From: Vicugna vicugna
Taxonomy: Eukaryota
DNA length: 64,000 nucleotides
Reading direction: 5' to 3'
Assembly: GCA_013265495.1 (NCBI GenBank)
Contig: MU060965.1
Location: 124,001-188,000 of the forward strand
A program made the position numbers and the translations under genes. Position 1 is the stretch's first letter. Every line of letters starts with the position of its first letter. Of the stretch, positions 23,226-35,202 are shown in pieces. The notes below the pieces were generated by a model, which made no database searches, was not told the DNA's origin, and worked only from the letters and a program-made list of their open reading frames with translations.

Positions 23226-26200
23226 CCGAGGACCGTGGCTCCGGGGCTCCTCCCCTCTCCCGAGATGGGCAGTTTCGTGTGTGTTTACACGTGTACACAT
23301 GCCGTGCGGCATCTTAAAAATAATCGTGGGGCCAGCTTGTCGACCTTCCTGGGGGGCCACGTGCTTTAAGGGACTGTTTCTGTCTCCACAGTCGCAAGTC
23401 ACTCATCTCAGGGAATGAGGCGCAGTGTCTTTCCCAGGGCTGAGCTCCGAGCCTGGTGCCGTTGGTGTCGTGCGAGGTCCGTGTGCTTTCGGAGGAGTTC
23501 TGTGCGCGTGGAACCGCATGGAGCAGACGGCAGTGGGGTCAGGTCTCCCCGCGTCTTGGCGGGTGGCCCAGGCAGGCCGTCCTCTGCTGGGAGGAGCCCC
23601 GTGTCGGGCAGGTTGTGAGGGGGGAGCTTTGTTGGACTGTGTTCCAGCTCGCCACCCGCAGTGTTGTCCGCAGTGTGCGTGGTTGAAGGCGGCTGGCTGG
23701 ATTTCCACGGTCATGGCAGAGTTGGGGCTTATTTCACTGGGGACCCTGTGGACCCTTGACTGTGATGTTGTGAAGGAGGTGGTGCCTGTGCCCTGGCCCT
23801 GACGGGACGGGTGTGACCGAGGAAGTCTGGAAGAGGGTCACGTGTGCTCCTGGCGTGCAGATGTGAAGCGGGTGGTTGCTCTGCGGTTAATCCTGCCGGT
23901 GGTGAGTCCTGGTTTCGCTCTTGATTTCGTTCCTTCAACAAGTGTTGCCAGAGCGCCTGTCCTGCCCGGCGAGTGCTGGCCGATGGGGGTGACGGGGCCC
24001 TCGCACCTCTGTTCTGGGGGAGCCAGGAGGTCAGTACGTGAACAGTGCTGTCTGATGGGGGCCCCGGAGAGAGGTGAGGATGACGGGGCGGCGGGGGCAG
24101 GCCGCTTTACGCGGTGGGGGCGGGAAAAGGACACCTTGGAGCGCAGAGCTGGGTCGCGGCAGGGGCCCGCGGGCGTCCCTGGCTGCGGTCTGCGCTCCGA
24201 GGCCTGGGTGGCCGTCCCTGTCGTTTCTGAAGCCTGGGAAGCAGGGGCTCGGGGAGAGGCAGGGCCACAGGCCCGGGAACCGGGCGGTCCCTTTCCCGGC
24301 TGGGCCTTCCTCCCTGCCCCTGTGGGCTTCGGCGGCATTAAAGGCACCTGCCTGGCTGTGTGTTTAGATGTGAGAAAATGAACGAGGGTTTTAGTCAGAG
24401 GTGTTCAGGTCCTACAAATGGAGTTGCCTTCTGAATGGAATGCGCCACGCCTTTCTACCAAACAGAGGACGGTGATGAGTCTGCGAGCCATAATAGAGGC
24501 AGGCTGCCCGCAGACAGCCGCCGTGGGCTCCCTCCACCCTGCAAGTGCTGAAGAGAAAGGGTAGCCTCGCCAGGTAGCATCAGAGTTTCCAGGAATGCGG
24601 GGCTCGGGGCTCCGGGTGGGGCCTGCGCCTGGCTCCTGGCAGCTGCCTGCCGCTGGCTCTCTGGGGACTGAGCCCTGCAGGCCCTTGGGGAGGTGGAGAG
24701 ACGTGTGTTACTTACGTCTGCTGATGGGGATAGGCGTGCTCACAAATGCTCTCCAGGCACTGCTTGCACACGAGCCCCAGTCCTGGGGCTGTCTTTCCAT
24801 TTTTCACCCAGCATAGACGAACAGGCCGTCAGGACCATGTGACTTCGTAGGGCAGTCGTGGAAAATGTCTTCTGGGCCTCAGGTCGTCCGAGGAATCCAG
24901 TTTGACAGAAACTGATACTGAACACCACCAACATTTTATCTTCTCTGAAATTGACTGACTTTGTAGACACTTGTCTGGAGGAAGGAGTGCAGCGTGTGTG
25001 GCGGGAGGGCTGGCCTTGGTGGCCTCGGAGTGAGGGCGGCCCCTGGAGCAGCAGATGCGCACAGTCAGCACCTGCTGAGCAGCGTTGACCATCGTGAGCA
25101 AATCCCTCGTGTTCTCGCAGAGCACGCAGAAAGCTCGGTGGTGCGCACAGAAACAAAGTGGAACCTGCCACTAGCCCTGCGTGGGCCCAGAGACGGAGGT
25201 GCCTCAGGGACAGGCGCCGACCTGCTGGTGCAGCTGAAAGAAGCAGAGAAGCACCATCAGGGCTCTTGTGAAGGCGACAGATTCCATGATCTGCCACTAG
25301 AGTTCTCGGGACGCTTGCGTTTTTGGCACAGCAGCTCTCACTGGGGCGCGGTCTTGCCGCCCAGGGGACGTGTGGTGTCGCCCAGAAGCGCTTCTGGTTG
25401 TCAGGGCTGGGGATGCTCCTGGTGTCTTGTGGGCGGAGGCGGGGGGCACGACCGACCCCTCACAGTGCACGGGACTCGCCCTGGGACCTGCCCCGTGTCG
25501 CTGGTGCTGTGGCTGGCGACCCCTGATTGAACATCGTGCTCTTAGTAGAAAAGTGTCGGAGGTTTTGAAGTCATTTTTGATGTTTTTGGTAGTTTTTTTT
25601 AACTGCTTTTGAATTAAAATGCAAATGGTAGAGCATAATAGAATGCCGTGCAGAGTTGAAATAGAGCTAAAACCTCAATAGGAAGGAATGTCCAGTGGAG
25701 CACGGGGGGGCTGGCCGCCCTGGGCGTGTGGAGAGAGGGGACGTGGAGAGGGTCCCCTGACATGTGTGCATACTTCCTGGTCGGCTCCCTCTGTGGGGGG
25801 GGTCCACCCGAAATCCAGGCCCTGCCTTCTGGCCTGTGGCTTCCTCTTCTGGAGCTTCTCTCTCTCGGCCCCCCACCCCCCACCCCGCCGCAGGCCTGGC
25901 CCCACCGGGGAGGGCCTGGTGGGCTGCTCTCTGCGCCCCACCCCCCCCCCAGCCTGCCCTGACCCTTCCTCTAACCCGGGCCCCTCCCTCTGGGAGCATT
26001 TGGTGACACAATTAGACTAAGACATGGCCTGAGGGTGACATCTCTAAGTGGACGTCAAGCACCGGGAGAGACACGTTACGTTTTCGCAGCGGGACAAGGG
26101 CTGATCTCGGAATGAGTCACGGGCGCTGAGAGCCGTCCATCCGGAGCCCCGTCCCATCAGGAGGCGGGCAGACGGGTGTGGCAGGTAACCGAGGTCCCCG

Positions 26201-26563
26201 GGAAGAGCTGCACTTTCCACCTGCTTTGAGGAGCACTGGGTGGGCTGCCCTGGGGTGGGGCTCGTGGGAGCCGGGAGCCACCCATCCTGGTCGTGGGGAG
26301 ACCACCCTCGGATAACAGAGTGGCCCCCACCTCTCCGCTGGCTTCTGCCGCTGCCAGCCCGGCCCAGCTCTCAGGACCTGCTGGTGGCCCTAGGCTGGTC
26401 ACCTCCCCGGGGTCGGCCTCAGCCTCAGGCTCCAAAGCCGGTGTCTCCTCCCAGATGGAACCTTCGCTTCAGGGTTTCAGAGACACGCAGGTTCTAGGCA
26501 GCCTGTTTCCAGACGCACCAGCGCCCTGAGCCACGGTCTCCGAAGCTGTTCTGCGTGCGCTGT

Positions 26564-26603
26564 CACCCAGCGGTCAGTGCTGCCACCCAGCGGTCAGTGC
26601 TGC
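26564..26603 (+). repeat. Perfect 20-nt tandem duplication (cacccagcggtcagtgctgc x2)
   Basis: Read directly: 26564-26583 identical to 26584-26603. Confidence 0.95.
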
Positions 26604-27278
26604 CCCTACGCAGCGCGGTGCGCTGGGATCCCTGCCTCGGCCGCGACTGCTTCACTAGGCACACGTTCAGTGCTTAGACGGTGTGCCTGCAGCCGCTGGA
26701 GGTGCGTGATTCCACCCGTGAGAGGCCCGTGTGGAGACCAGCATGTTTGTGGGGCAGTTGGGTGGTTGCTTAGTTTCCTGGCTCATTCGTCTCCGGGAGG
26801 GGAGAAGCTGTCCTGGGAAGGAGACGCAGAGACCGCATGGCCTCAGCGTGGCTCGCGGGTGGCGGGTTTTGGTGCGCTGTGAGGAGCAGGGCGGGAGCAT
26901 CTCTCCTACTAACGGCTTTTGTGCTCCCAACAGGTTTGTGTTTAAAAACATGTTCAGGACACGCCTGCCTCCAGAGGCCCAGGATCCGCCTGGGAAGGGA
27001 GAGTCCGCAGCTGCCAGTGCGTGTGGTCAGTGGGGAGGGGGCTCCGGCAGACGCTGCCAGCTCAGACCCGTGACAGAAGGGAGGGCGACCACCGGGCTTC
27101 TGGCCGCGCCGCGGGAGGCCGGACCCTGCGCGCTGGCCCCGGAAAGGCTGGGGATTCGAGCCCGTAGGCCCCACATACGGACATGCTCTTATTTAGTTGC
27201 CTTTATTGGAGTGGAGTTGACTTGCGGTGCTGTGTGCGGCCTGGTGACTCTGTCACACACACGTGTTCCTTTTCGCCG

Positions 27279-27357
27279 GAGGCTGTTATGGGCGTCAGGT
27301 CCAGCTCCCTGGGCTGCGTCAGAGGCTGTTATGGGCATCGGGTCCAGCTCCCTGGGC
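27279..27357 (+). repeat. Direct duplication, 36-nt unit with 43-nt period
   Basis: gaggctgttatgggcgtcaggtccagctccctgggc (27279-27314) and gaggctgttatgggcatcgggtccagctccctgggc (27322-27357); 2 mismatches. Confidence 0.92.
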
Positions 27358-29595
27358 CGGGCGGCGGGTCCTTGTGTGCTCTCGGGCTCTGTCTTAGTCA
27401 CTGGACCCGAGTGAGGCTGACAGAAGTGAGTTGGACCGTCCCTGGGCGCACAGACACGTGCGGGGTGAGGGGGGAGCCCTAAGGAGCCCCGCCACGCGCT
27501 CCCTCCCGGAGCTGGAAGTGAGCCGGAAGCAGGCCTGACTTAGCAGCACATGAGCTCCGTGCTGCCTTACCCATCGAACAAGAAACGCTGCCTCTGACGC
27601 TGTGAACAGACACCAGAACGGGGGATGCGTTCACCGGATCCCTGCAAACGTGAGGCGCGCTCACTAGGCGGAACCCCCTCCGCAGAACCTGGTCTGGTGC
27701 CTGGAGGCTCGCCCCGTGCGTCTGTTCGGCCCCACGGTGTCGTTCAGTAATAGGTTTTGTCTTGTTTCAGCTGAAATTCAAAGCTTCCGTCAGGCGACTA
27801 CACTGGCTGAAACTGAGTTTCAGCGTATTTTGCAGACTCTCTTTTGTCCTTGGGTGCTTTCCAGCCCTGACGCTCGGGCTGCCGCGCCCAACCCCGCAGG
27901 CTGGCGGCGCCGTGGGTGAGGCGGGGCCCGTGCCCCGCTCAGTGCGGCAGCCGCTTTGTGCCGGGGTCCTGAGCTCAGGAGCATCTTGCTGGCGGGGGCG
28001 GGGCGGGTGTCTGCCCCGCCCTGGCCCTAGCCCTCCCCCTCCCCTGCACGGCTGCGCGGCAGTGCCGGCGGGAGGGAGGCTTGTGCGTCTGAAGTCTCGG
28101 GCGCCCCGTTTCCTGGGGAGTGGGCCCAGCTGGGCCGCCGTGCGCTGCCAGCCTCGCAGCCGTTGGAGTTTTGGTGTTTCCCCTTGTTTCCGTCCATGAC
28201 GGTGTCACTTGTGCCTCTGGGTCCTCGTCTGCCACCCCGAACGTGTCCGACCTGGCGGTTCGGGAACTCGTCATGTGGTTTGTGGACTCCTCCCCAGCCC
28301 AGGCCCGTCCAGAGGGGACCGCTCCCCACCCCTGTGCTGATGGGCGACTCCTCGTCGCAGACGTGCTCAGTGCTCAGCCCCACTCCCGCAGCTCACAGGG
28401 TGCTTAGACCGCGGCAGCCACGTCTTCTTGCTGGAGCCTGGACGGCGGGGCTGCAGCCAGTGCCTGGCTGCATGCTCCCTGCCTGGTTCCTGCCTCGTGT
28501 GGCCAGCGATATCGTCCCTCCCGTCTGACACCAGCGCCTAGAGAGAGGCCAGTGTCTCTGTCCTCCTGCCCGGGAGTCCTCGCCCCCACCCATGACCCAT
28601 CTTAGATCTCCGTGCGCCGTGACTTCCAGAAATGTCTGCACCACCGTGGACAGGGCAGTGGCTGACCGTTGGTTCAGGACAGTCTGGGTTAAGAAATTGC
28701 ACAGCAGGGCTCAGTGTACAGAGACCCAGACTGTTAGAGGTGGACGGAGCACAAAGACTGTCTAGTTGAATCCTTTCACGCTGCTTCTGACGGATTTGAC
28801 ACAGAGACATGGAGTGACTCGTCCACAGTCACACAGCCGGTCGGCCTCGGACACGCGCGTGACCGCGGGTGTGGTAGAACCGTGGGGAGTACAGCAGGCC
28901 CCCAAGGGTCCTCTTTGCTGTTGTCTGTCCACGTTGAACATTTAACTTAACCTTCTCAGGACCTGAACGTGTGTGCAGAGCACAGTTGGTCTGACCCCAG
29001 AGGCACTTCTGCCTGTCGCGCCGTGAGGCTCCCCGGTAGCTGTGTGACCTGCTGGACGAGCATGTTGAAACCGGAGTGTGTCAGACTGTGGGCCGGCCGC
29101 AGTCCCCCTCCGTCCCGCCTGCCTCCCCGGGGCAGGCTCCCTATGGGCCTGGCTGCAGCAGAACCGCTGTCTTGAGGTTTAGGAGAAGGGCTTCCAGGAT
29201 TTTCATTTCTGTGCTCAAAGCTCGGTTTCTATGCCTTCTGTCCTTGCCCGGCTCATTCACTACCTGTTCTTTTTCAGTGTGACTGCCTGAGCCCACAGGG
29301 ATGGGAGGCACCCGTTTGGCTCTGTTTTGAGAAATAAAGGAAGTCAGGACATTTTCAGTTTTCTTAACTCCCGCATCCAGAGCTTTATCTACGAAGCTCT
29401 TGAGCAGGTTTTTTTGGGGGGTGTGGGGTGGAGGGAGGGCTGTAATTTTAACTAGGCAAGAATGTAAAACAAAAAAATTGTCGTATGACTAAATTACATC
29501 CCAGTGCATCTTTTTAGACGGTGAAAAATGCTACCAGGTGTACGTGATGGCAAGAGAGCGGTGAAAATACAAGTTGATTATCTTGGATGCGAAGC

Positions 29596-29778
29596 TCTTT
29601 TAGACTGAAGTAGAGCTGCTTGACAGCGTTGCGTTCTTTCTGGTGTGCGGCGCGGTGAGTCGGTTACACACGCCATACCCTCTGTCGCTGTAGGGTGTTA
29701 CAGGCTGTTTGTTGAAGGCGGCTCCCTGTGCTGTGCAGTAGGCCCTGGTTGTTTATCTGTTCTGCACACAGTAGTTTG
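29596..29778 (-). mobile_element. L1 3' terminus (cetartiodactyl-type tail), antisense
   Basis: ttttagactgaagtagagctg...ttctggtgtgcggcgcggtgagtcggttacac...ctccctgtgctgtgcagtaggccctggttgtttatctg. Confidence 0.8.
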
Positions 29779-30976
29779 GATCATAAGGTGACTTTTCAAG
29801 TCAGCATCCTTTCTGGTGGCTTCACCCGATGTGGGGAGGCAGGGGGAGGGCGGAGTGGGCAGGGAGCCCTCGCTGGCAGGAGAGGGCGGCCTGGCCTTCC
29901 GCGCGGCCCACACCCCAGGCTGGTGTCCCGGAGGGAGCTCGCATACGTGCTGGCAGGTGGCGCAGGGCCTGCTCCGTCCTGGGAACCCACACCGTTTCCT
30001 GAGCCTCTGCTGAGCATCTCTGAAAACAGGGAAGGAGTCAGAGACCGATTTGGTCTTTTCCCTTTAGTCTGCCTGGACTGTCCACGAAGCTTCGCCCTCA
30101 CTGAAGGCAAGCGGTGGCGTTTGCTGAGGGTGAGCAAACAGGAAGTTGCCGCGGGAGGTGGCATGCTGGGGGCTCACGCGTGAAAAGACTTCTTTCCCTG
30201 AGAAGTTGATAGGTGAGCAAGGAAGGTGATGGTAGAAGCAAAGAAGAGAAGGAAGAAGGAATGTGAGGCTCACAGTGACCTCAAACAGCAGAAAGCTTCG
30301 AGGGCACTGCTTACCCTGTTTGGCTTCAGAAAGCGAGGGTTCCCTGAGGCCACAGAGGCCGGGCACGGGCTGGACACAGGCTGGACAGGGCAGGACCGGT
30401 CCTGGGCCGACACACCACCCTGCTTGTTCTTAAGGAGTCTGAGTGAGGGGCGTGGACCCCACGTCAGGGCCCTGGGCTGGGCTGCCTCTGAGCGTCTCGT
30501 CCGAAGCCACGGTGTCTTTGGCACCCGGGTGCTGACAGCGCACCGTCTGGTTGAGTGTTTTTAGAAGATGCTTCGGGTCCGAGCTCTCTCCTTGACGTCT
30601 CCTGCACAGCACTCTGGGTGACACGGGGGTGAGTGGGGCCCGGCCTCTCTTTCCGGGAAAGCCTCGCTGACCGAGAGGCTGCACGCTGACGACCCCGCCC
30701 GCGCCCAGGCTGCGCGGCACCGAAGACCCTTCCCACAGCCGCTGGGCCGCCCCTTGTCTCCTCTTCGGAAACTTAGGGTTTTGCTGTCGCTTCTGTCCTC
30801 AAGTGGACCCGCCGCCGCGTGTCGTTTCTCCTGACCGGCCCTCACCGGAGCGCAGACGGCTTCCCTAAGGCGCCGGCAGGGGTTTGAGGGGCTTAGCCCG
30901 CGAGGGTCCCATGGGGCCGGGTGGCTGCCGCCTCGCAGCGGGCCTGGCCCCCGCTCACCTGCCCTGTTGTCCGCAG

Positions 30977-31099
30977 TGTGCAGGCGAGGAGAACTGGGTG
31001 GACAGCCGGACCGTCTACGTGGGGCACCGGGAGCCCCCGCCGGGTGCCGAGGCCTACATCCTGCAGAGGTTCCCGGACAACCGCATCGTCTCCTCCAAG
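30977..31099 (+). CDS. ATP11A: ATP11A exon 2 (123 nt): [41 protein letters not shown]
   Basis: Acceptor tgttgtccgcag, donor AAG|gtgagc; P4-ATPase N-terminal DNRIVSSK motif. Confidence 0.96.
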
Positions 31100-31152
31100 G
31101 TGAGCGCCGTGTGCCCGCTAACCTGCCCGCACAACTCCCTGCTGTTGCTACT

Positions 31153-31296
31153 TATTTTTTTAGTTTTTATTTGAATTTTGTTGGGGGAGGTAATCAGGGT
31201 TTATGTATTTACATATTTTAATGGAGGCGCTGGGGGTTGAACCTGGGACCTTGTGCACGCGAAGCACGTGCTCTGCCGCTTAGCTGCACCCCCCTC
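31153..31296 (-). mobile_element. tRNA-derived SINE (camelid Vic-1-like), antisense, in intron 2
   Basis: Reverse complement reads gggggtgcagctaagcggcagagcacgtgcttcgcgtgcacaaggtcccaggttcaacccccag, then an A-rich tail with the aaaccctgattacctccccc motif shared with other copies. Confidence 0.85.
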
Positions 31297-31799
31297 GGGT
31301 CGTTACGATTTAACACAGGTCCAGAGGCACTTGGGCCACCGCCCCGTGGTGCCAGCCCCTGTATGTGCAACACGGCCTCGTCGTGTTTTACTTTATCCAT
31401 GCAGCGCTGACGTCTGCAGTCACGAATGTTTAAATTATCTCCCTGGGTGTTCGCTTTTGTTGTCACACATCATCAGGGACTTTTGACCACGTCACTAATG
31501 ATCCGTGGTAATGATTGATAACAGCTGCCTGTGCTGTGAAGCACGGAGGTCACACAGCCTCGTGTCCGAGCTGCAGTGCCGGCCTCCTGCGCCTGCCTGG
31601 AACAGAGTCGGTCAGCGGGGTTAAATTCCACGTCTGCACCTGGCGGACTCTACCTGGTGGAGCAGGACTGGGGAGCTGAACGGTGTCCTGAAGCGGGGGC
31701 ATCACACTGGGGCGAGAGCGGGGGTTCACGCAGCACGCCAGGGCTACCAGAGCCCGACCTGCACGCTCGGAAGGACTGTAGACGCTGACATTCTGTGTT

Positions 31800-32020
31800 G
31801 TAAATACGTGAAGCTTTCTAACGCGGAAACTTTCAGAAACATAGAAAAATAGGAGGGCGCTGTGACAGGTGTCTGTGCTGCCCCCGCTGTCCCCCGCTGT
31901 CCGCCGCTGTCAGCAGACGGCCCGGCCTGTCTATTCTGTGCAGCTTTCTTCCTCGAGGTCATTTTGGAGCAAATCCTAAACAGTGTATAATTTCTGTCTG
32001 TGAACGTCGCAGCAGATGGA
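31800..32020 (-). mobile_element. Old L1 (L1ME-like) 3' end fragment
   Basis: ggaaactttcagaaacatagaaaaatagg...cattttggagcaaatcctaaaca...atttctgtctgtgaac. Confidence 0.55.
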
Positions 32021-32299
32021 AGACGGGGTCAAGTGGGAACTGCTCCTCTAACGTGCCTTTGTGCTGAGCAAGGCGGTTAGGTGTTTGGGGGAAGTGTTTC
32101 AGTTAACTCCTGGGCAGTGAGTGTGCTGCTGGGCAGGGCTCCACCGATGGGACCCCAGGGATGGCAGCCCCGCTTTGGGGTCAGTGTCCCTCAGAACGGA
32201 GCACGTGAGGAACGAAAGGCCGCTCTAGGCTGGTCACAGAGCCCCAGACACGAGACGCAAGTGCTGCAGCGACGTACAGGTCTTCCAACAGCTCCTTTT

Positions 32300-32385
32300 G
32301 AGAGTTAGTGAAAAGTCAGTGGCGCTCCTGTATGCCAGCAACAAACGACTGGAATTTGAAATTAAAAAACACCACCGTTTTCCAA
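32300..32385 (+). mobile_element. L1 ORF2 fragment, sense
   Basis: Translates as KSVALLYASNKRLEFEIKK, resembling L1 ORF2 QKSVAFLYTNN...EIKK. Confidence 0.6.
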
Positions 32386-33215
32386 GAACTTGCGTGGAGT
32401 CTGGCATGAAAGGAGCCCTTGGGGTGAGAGTCGGGTCACCAGCGCCTGGATCCGAGGTGCCAGCTCCGGCCCTGACGGGAGCTGACCGAGGTCCCTACCG
32501 CTCCAGGTGCCAGAGGTGACGAGGGCCCCCACGCAGCCGGGCGGAGCAGCGCGCTCTCCTCAGGGCACGATCTGCAGCAAAAGGCAGAACTGTCCGATGG
32601 AATTTTAAAAGCAAGGTCCCGGCTCCGTGTTTGCTGAAGGGTGACGACACCTGGGACACGTCTTCCACACAGAAGTCAGGGAGACGCCTCCTTAGGTGAA
32701 AGCGAGACGTTTGGAGAATGAGGGGCCCAGCTACCTTCCCCCCGCCCCCCGCGAGCAGGAGGGGCCGACCCAGACTGTTGCCCGCCTGGCTCGAGACCAC
32801 CTAGAAATGGTGGCTGTGTTACTTCCCGTCACCTCCTCGTCACACTGTCACAGAGAGCGAGCTTGCCGAAGCTGACGCGCAGGGCACGATGCTGACCACG
32901 TGTGTTCTGAGTCACCGACCAGAGCTTCACACTTGATGAAAGACGTTTAATTAGTAAGACTATTCTTAAGCCACTTTGCGTTACTTAAATTACCTGAAAT
33001 TAGGTAACACACACACGCCGTTTTTGGAGCGCACGTTCTGGCTGTTTGTTTTTATGGTCATCCAGTGGGTAAAATGTCTGCAGACTGTCAGCTTTGTTTT
33101 GTATCTAAAACTAGACGTTTTGTACTTTAAAATACACCGCTCATCCTGTGGTTGATTAACACGGCAAAATGTGAAATGTGGCCAAAATGACTCCTTTCTG
33201 TTCTCTTGTGCACAG

Positions 33216-33305
33216 TACACGTTCTGGAACTTCATTCCCAAGAACCTGTTTGAACAATTCAGAAGAATAGCCAACTTCTATTTTCTTATCATATTTCTGG
33301 TGCAG
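33216..33305 (+). CDS. ATP11A: ATP11A exon 3 (90 nt): [30 protein letters not shown] (TM1)
   Basis: Acceptor ttctcttgtgcacag, donor CAG|gtaagg; conserved [13 protein letters not shown] motif. The last codon is Q84 in human numbering. Confidence 0.97.
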
Positions 33306-34074
33306 GTAAGGCTGGTCATCCTCTTCAGTGGCCTGGAATGTGCGTCTGAGTAAGGGACGTGTTCCCAGGTGACTGGCTGGTTTGCTGACAGGGAGCGAGC
33401 AGGGCTTCGTGCCCCCTTCTCGGCAGCTCCTTCACTGCTTTTCCTCGAGGACAAGCATGTCAGAAACCTGGTCACTGAAACGCAGGCGTGAGGGCCTCGC
33501 GTGTGGGCCCGTGCTGGACACCTGTCTTCATCCTGGAGTCCTGGGGGGAGCCGGGAGCATCCTAATTTGGGGGCACGTTCACCAGCCACACTGGATTATG
33601 ACGCTGGCTGCGTTTCCCCTGTTCCTAAGTTCCTGTGATCTCCTAAAAACATTAAGAGAAAGAGTGAAAAAGAGTGAGAACCACAGTGAGGTATGAATTA
33701 AGGAGAGGTCGGGTGTGTTTTAGAGACAGCCTAATTGTTCTCAGTCGTAAAAAATACAGTGGAAGGACTTTTACAATTTCCAAGAGTAATTTACCCAAAT
33801 AACGTAATGAAGATGGGGCGCCAGCAGCAGGCCAGACTGAGGCAAAACGCAGCCTGGAGGCAGCGCGTCTCTGCCGCGGGACCTGGTTTCCCTACACACG
33901 TCCCGTAATTAAGGAGAACGGCCCTTGGTTTTGTCGTGAGATAAGCCGGTTTCCTTTTTATGTGATTCATCTGAGGCGCTGGGATAAAGCGGGTCCCAGC
34001 AAGCGCTGGGGGGCGTGACGGGGCAGCCGGCCCGTTGAAGCCACTGACGGCCCCACGCTCTCTCTCCACGGCAG

Positions 34075-34155
34075 CTGATCATCGACACCCCCACGAGCCC
34101 GGTGACGAGCGGCCTCCCGCTGTTCTTCGTCATCACCGTCACGGCCGTCAAGCAG
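34075..34155 (+). CDS. ATP11A: ATP11A exon 4 (81 nt): [27 protein letters not shown] (TM2)
   Basis: Acceptor ctctctctccacggcag, donor CAG|gtgagg; in frame with exons 3 and 5. Confidence 0.97.
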
Positions 34156-34569
34156 GTGAGGCGAGGCAGGCGTGCAGGGGCCACACGGGGCCCCCGCCAG
34201 CTGGTGCCGCCTGTCCTCCTCGGGCAGGCCGTAGGAAGCCGCTGCCAGGCATCCCCCGGTGCGACGGTCCAGGCCCACGCTTGAGCTAAGATCAGGGGGA
34301 CGACCTAGCCGAGTGCTAGTTTGGTGCCTGAGAGTAGGAGGAGGAAACTCGTTCTCAAACTGAACCCGCCAGACTCGGCACCTGGCTTCCGGTGACTTGC
34401 TTCACCCCGTGTCCTCGGAGGTCTGACCCCAAGGACCTGCTGCTACCGAGGTTCTGGGTGTGGCCGACTCCTGACTCGCTCAGTGGGTCGTGCTGTTCTC
34501 TGCGGTCCTGACGAGTCAAGCCAGGGACTGACAGGAGGAACAGTCCGCAGGGATTTCCCACCACCGGTG

Positions 34570-34980
34570 CAGCTAGGTTAGTGCTCAGCCACCACCTTTA
34601 TGGGTCCAGAAAGTTCCGGTCGCCTCCGAGGAAAGCCGGTCCCTGTGAGCGTCACTCCCCACCCCCGCCTCCAGCCCCTGGCGGCCACCAGTCTAATCTG
34701 TCGCTGCAGTTTGCCTGTTCTGGACGTTTCACAGTCGGAGTCGTAGGCTAGTGGCCTTTCGTGTCTGGCCCGGTCCACCGGGCGCTGCATTTTCAAGGTT
34801 TATTCACGTGTGGCCGGTGCCAGTGCTTCATTCCCACGATGGGCAACACCCCATTGTGGGGACACAGCACGTTTTGTGTGTCCATCGCCACTGGTGGACG
34901 TTTGGGATGCTTCTGTTTGAGAACGTTAAGAACCTTCGCATCCAAGTTGTGTGTGGACACAGGTTCAGTTCTCCGGGGCA
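34570..34980 (-). mobile_element. L1M 3' end fragment upstream of exon 5
   Basis: ccagcccctggcggccaccagtctaatctgtc...ttgcctgttctggacgtttcac...ggcctttcgtgtctggc...ttttcaaggtttattcacgtg...gtccatc...ggtggacgtttggg. Confidence 0.75.
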
Positions 34981-35094
34981 CAGACGAGGGTGGAGTCATG
35001 GGAACAGAACGGCTCGTCTGCTCCAAGGGCCGCCGGGTGCTTCCAGGGTGACGGCCAGGGCAGGGGCCCGGCTCACGCTTCCCCTCCGTCCCAG

Positions 35095-35202
35095 GGCTAC
35101 GAGGACTGGCTCCGCCACAAGGCCGACAGCGCCGTGAACCAGTGCCCCGTCCACTTCGTCCAGCACGGCAAGCTCGTCCGGAAGCAGAGCCGGAAACTGA
35201 GG
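35095..35202 (+). CDS. ATP11A: ATP11A exon 5 (108 nt): GYEDWLRHKADSAVNQCPVHFVQHGKLVRKQSRKLR
   Basis: Acceptor ttcccctccgtcccag, donor AGG|gtgagt; GYED..RH..D motif. Confidence 0.97.

Larger units (their letters stand above)
1..30976 (+). other. ATP11A: Distal part of ATP11A intron 1
   Basis: No ATP11A-like coding sequence or start codon before the acceptor at 30975-30976. The first coding residues (CAGEEN) are those following the short human exon 1, and human intron 1 is known to be very long. Confidence 0.85.

Noticed and set aside
26564-27357. Short direct repeats as a CRISPR-like array
   Set aside because: Only two copies each, with no repeat-spacer periodicity, in a mammalian intron; ordinary slippage duplications.
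1-30976. An antisense lncRNA or nested gene in intron 1
   Set aside because: No promoter, exon chain or conserved structure can be supported from sequence alone.
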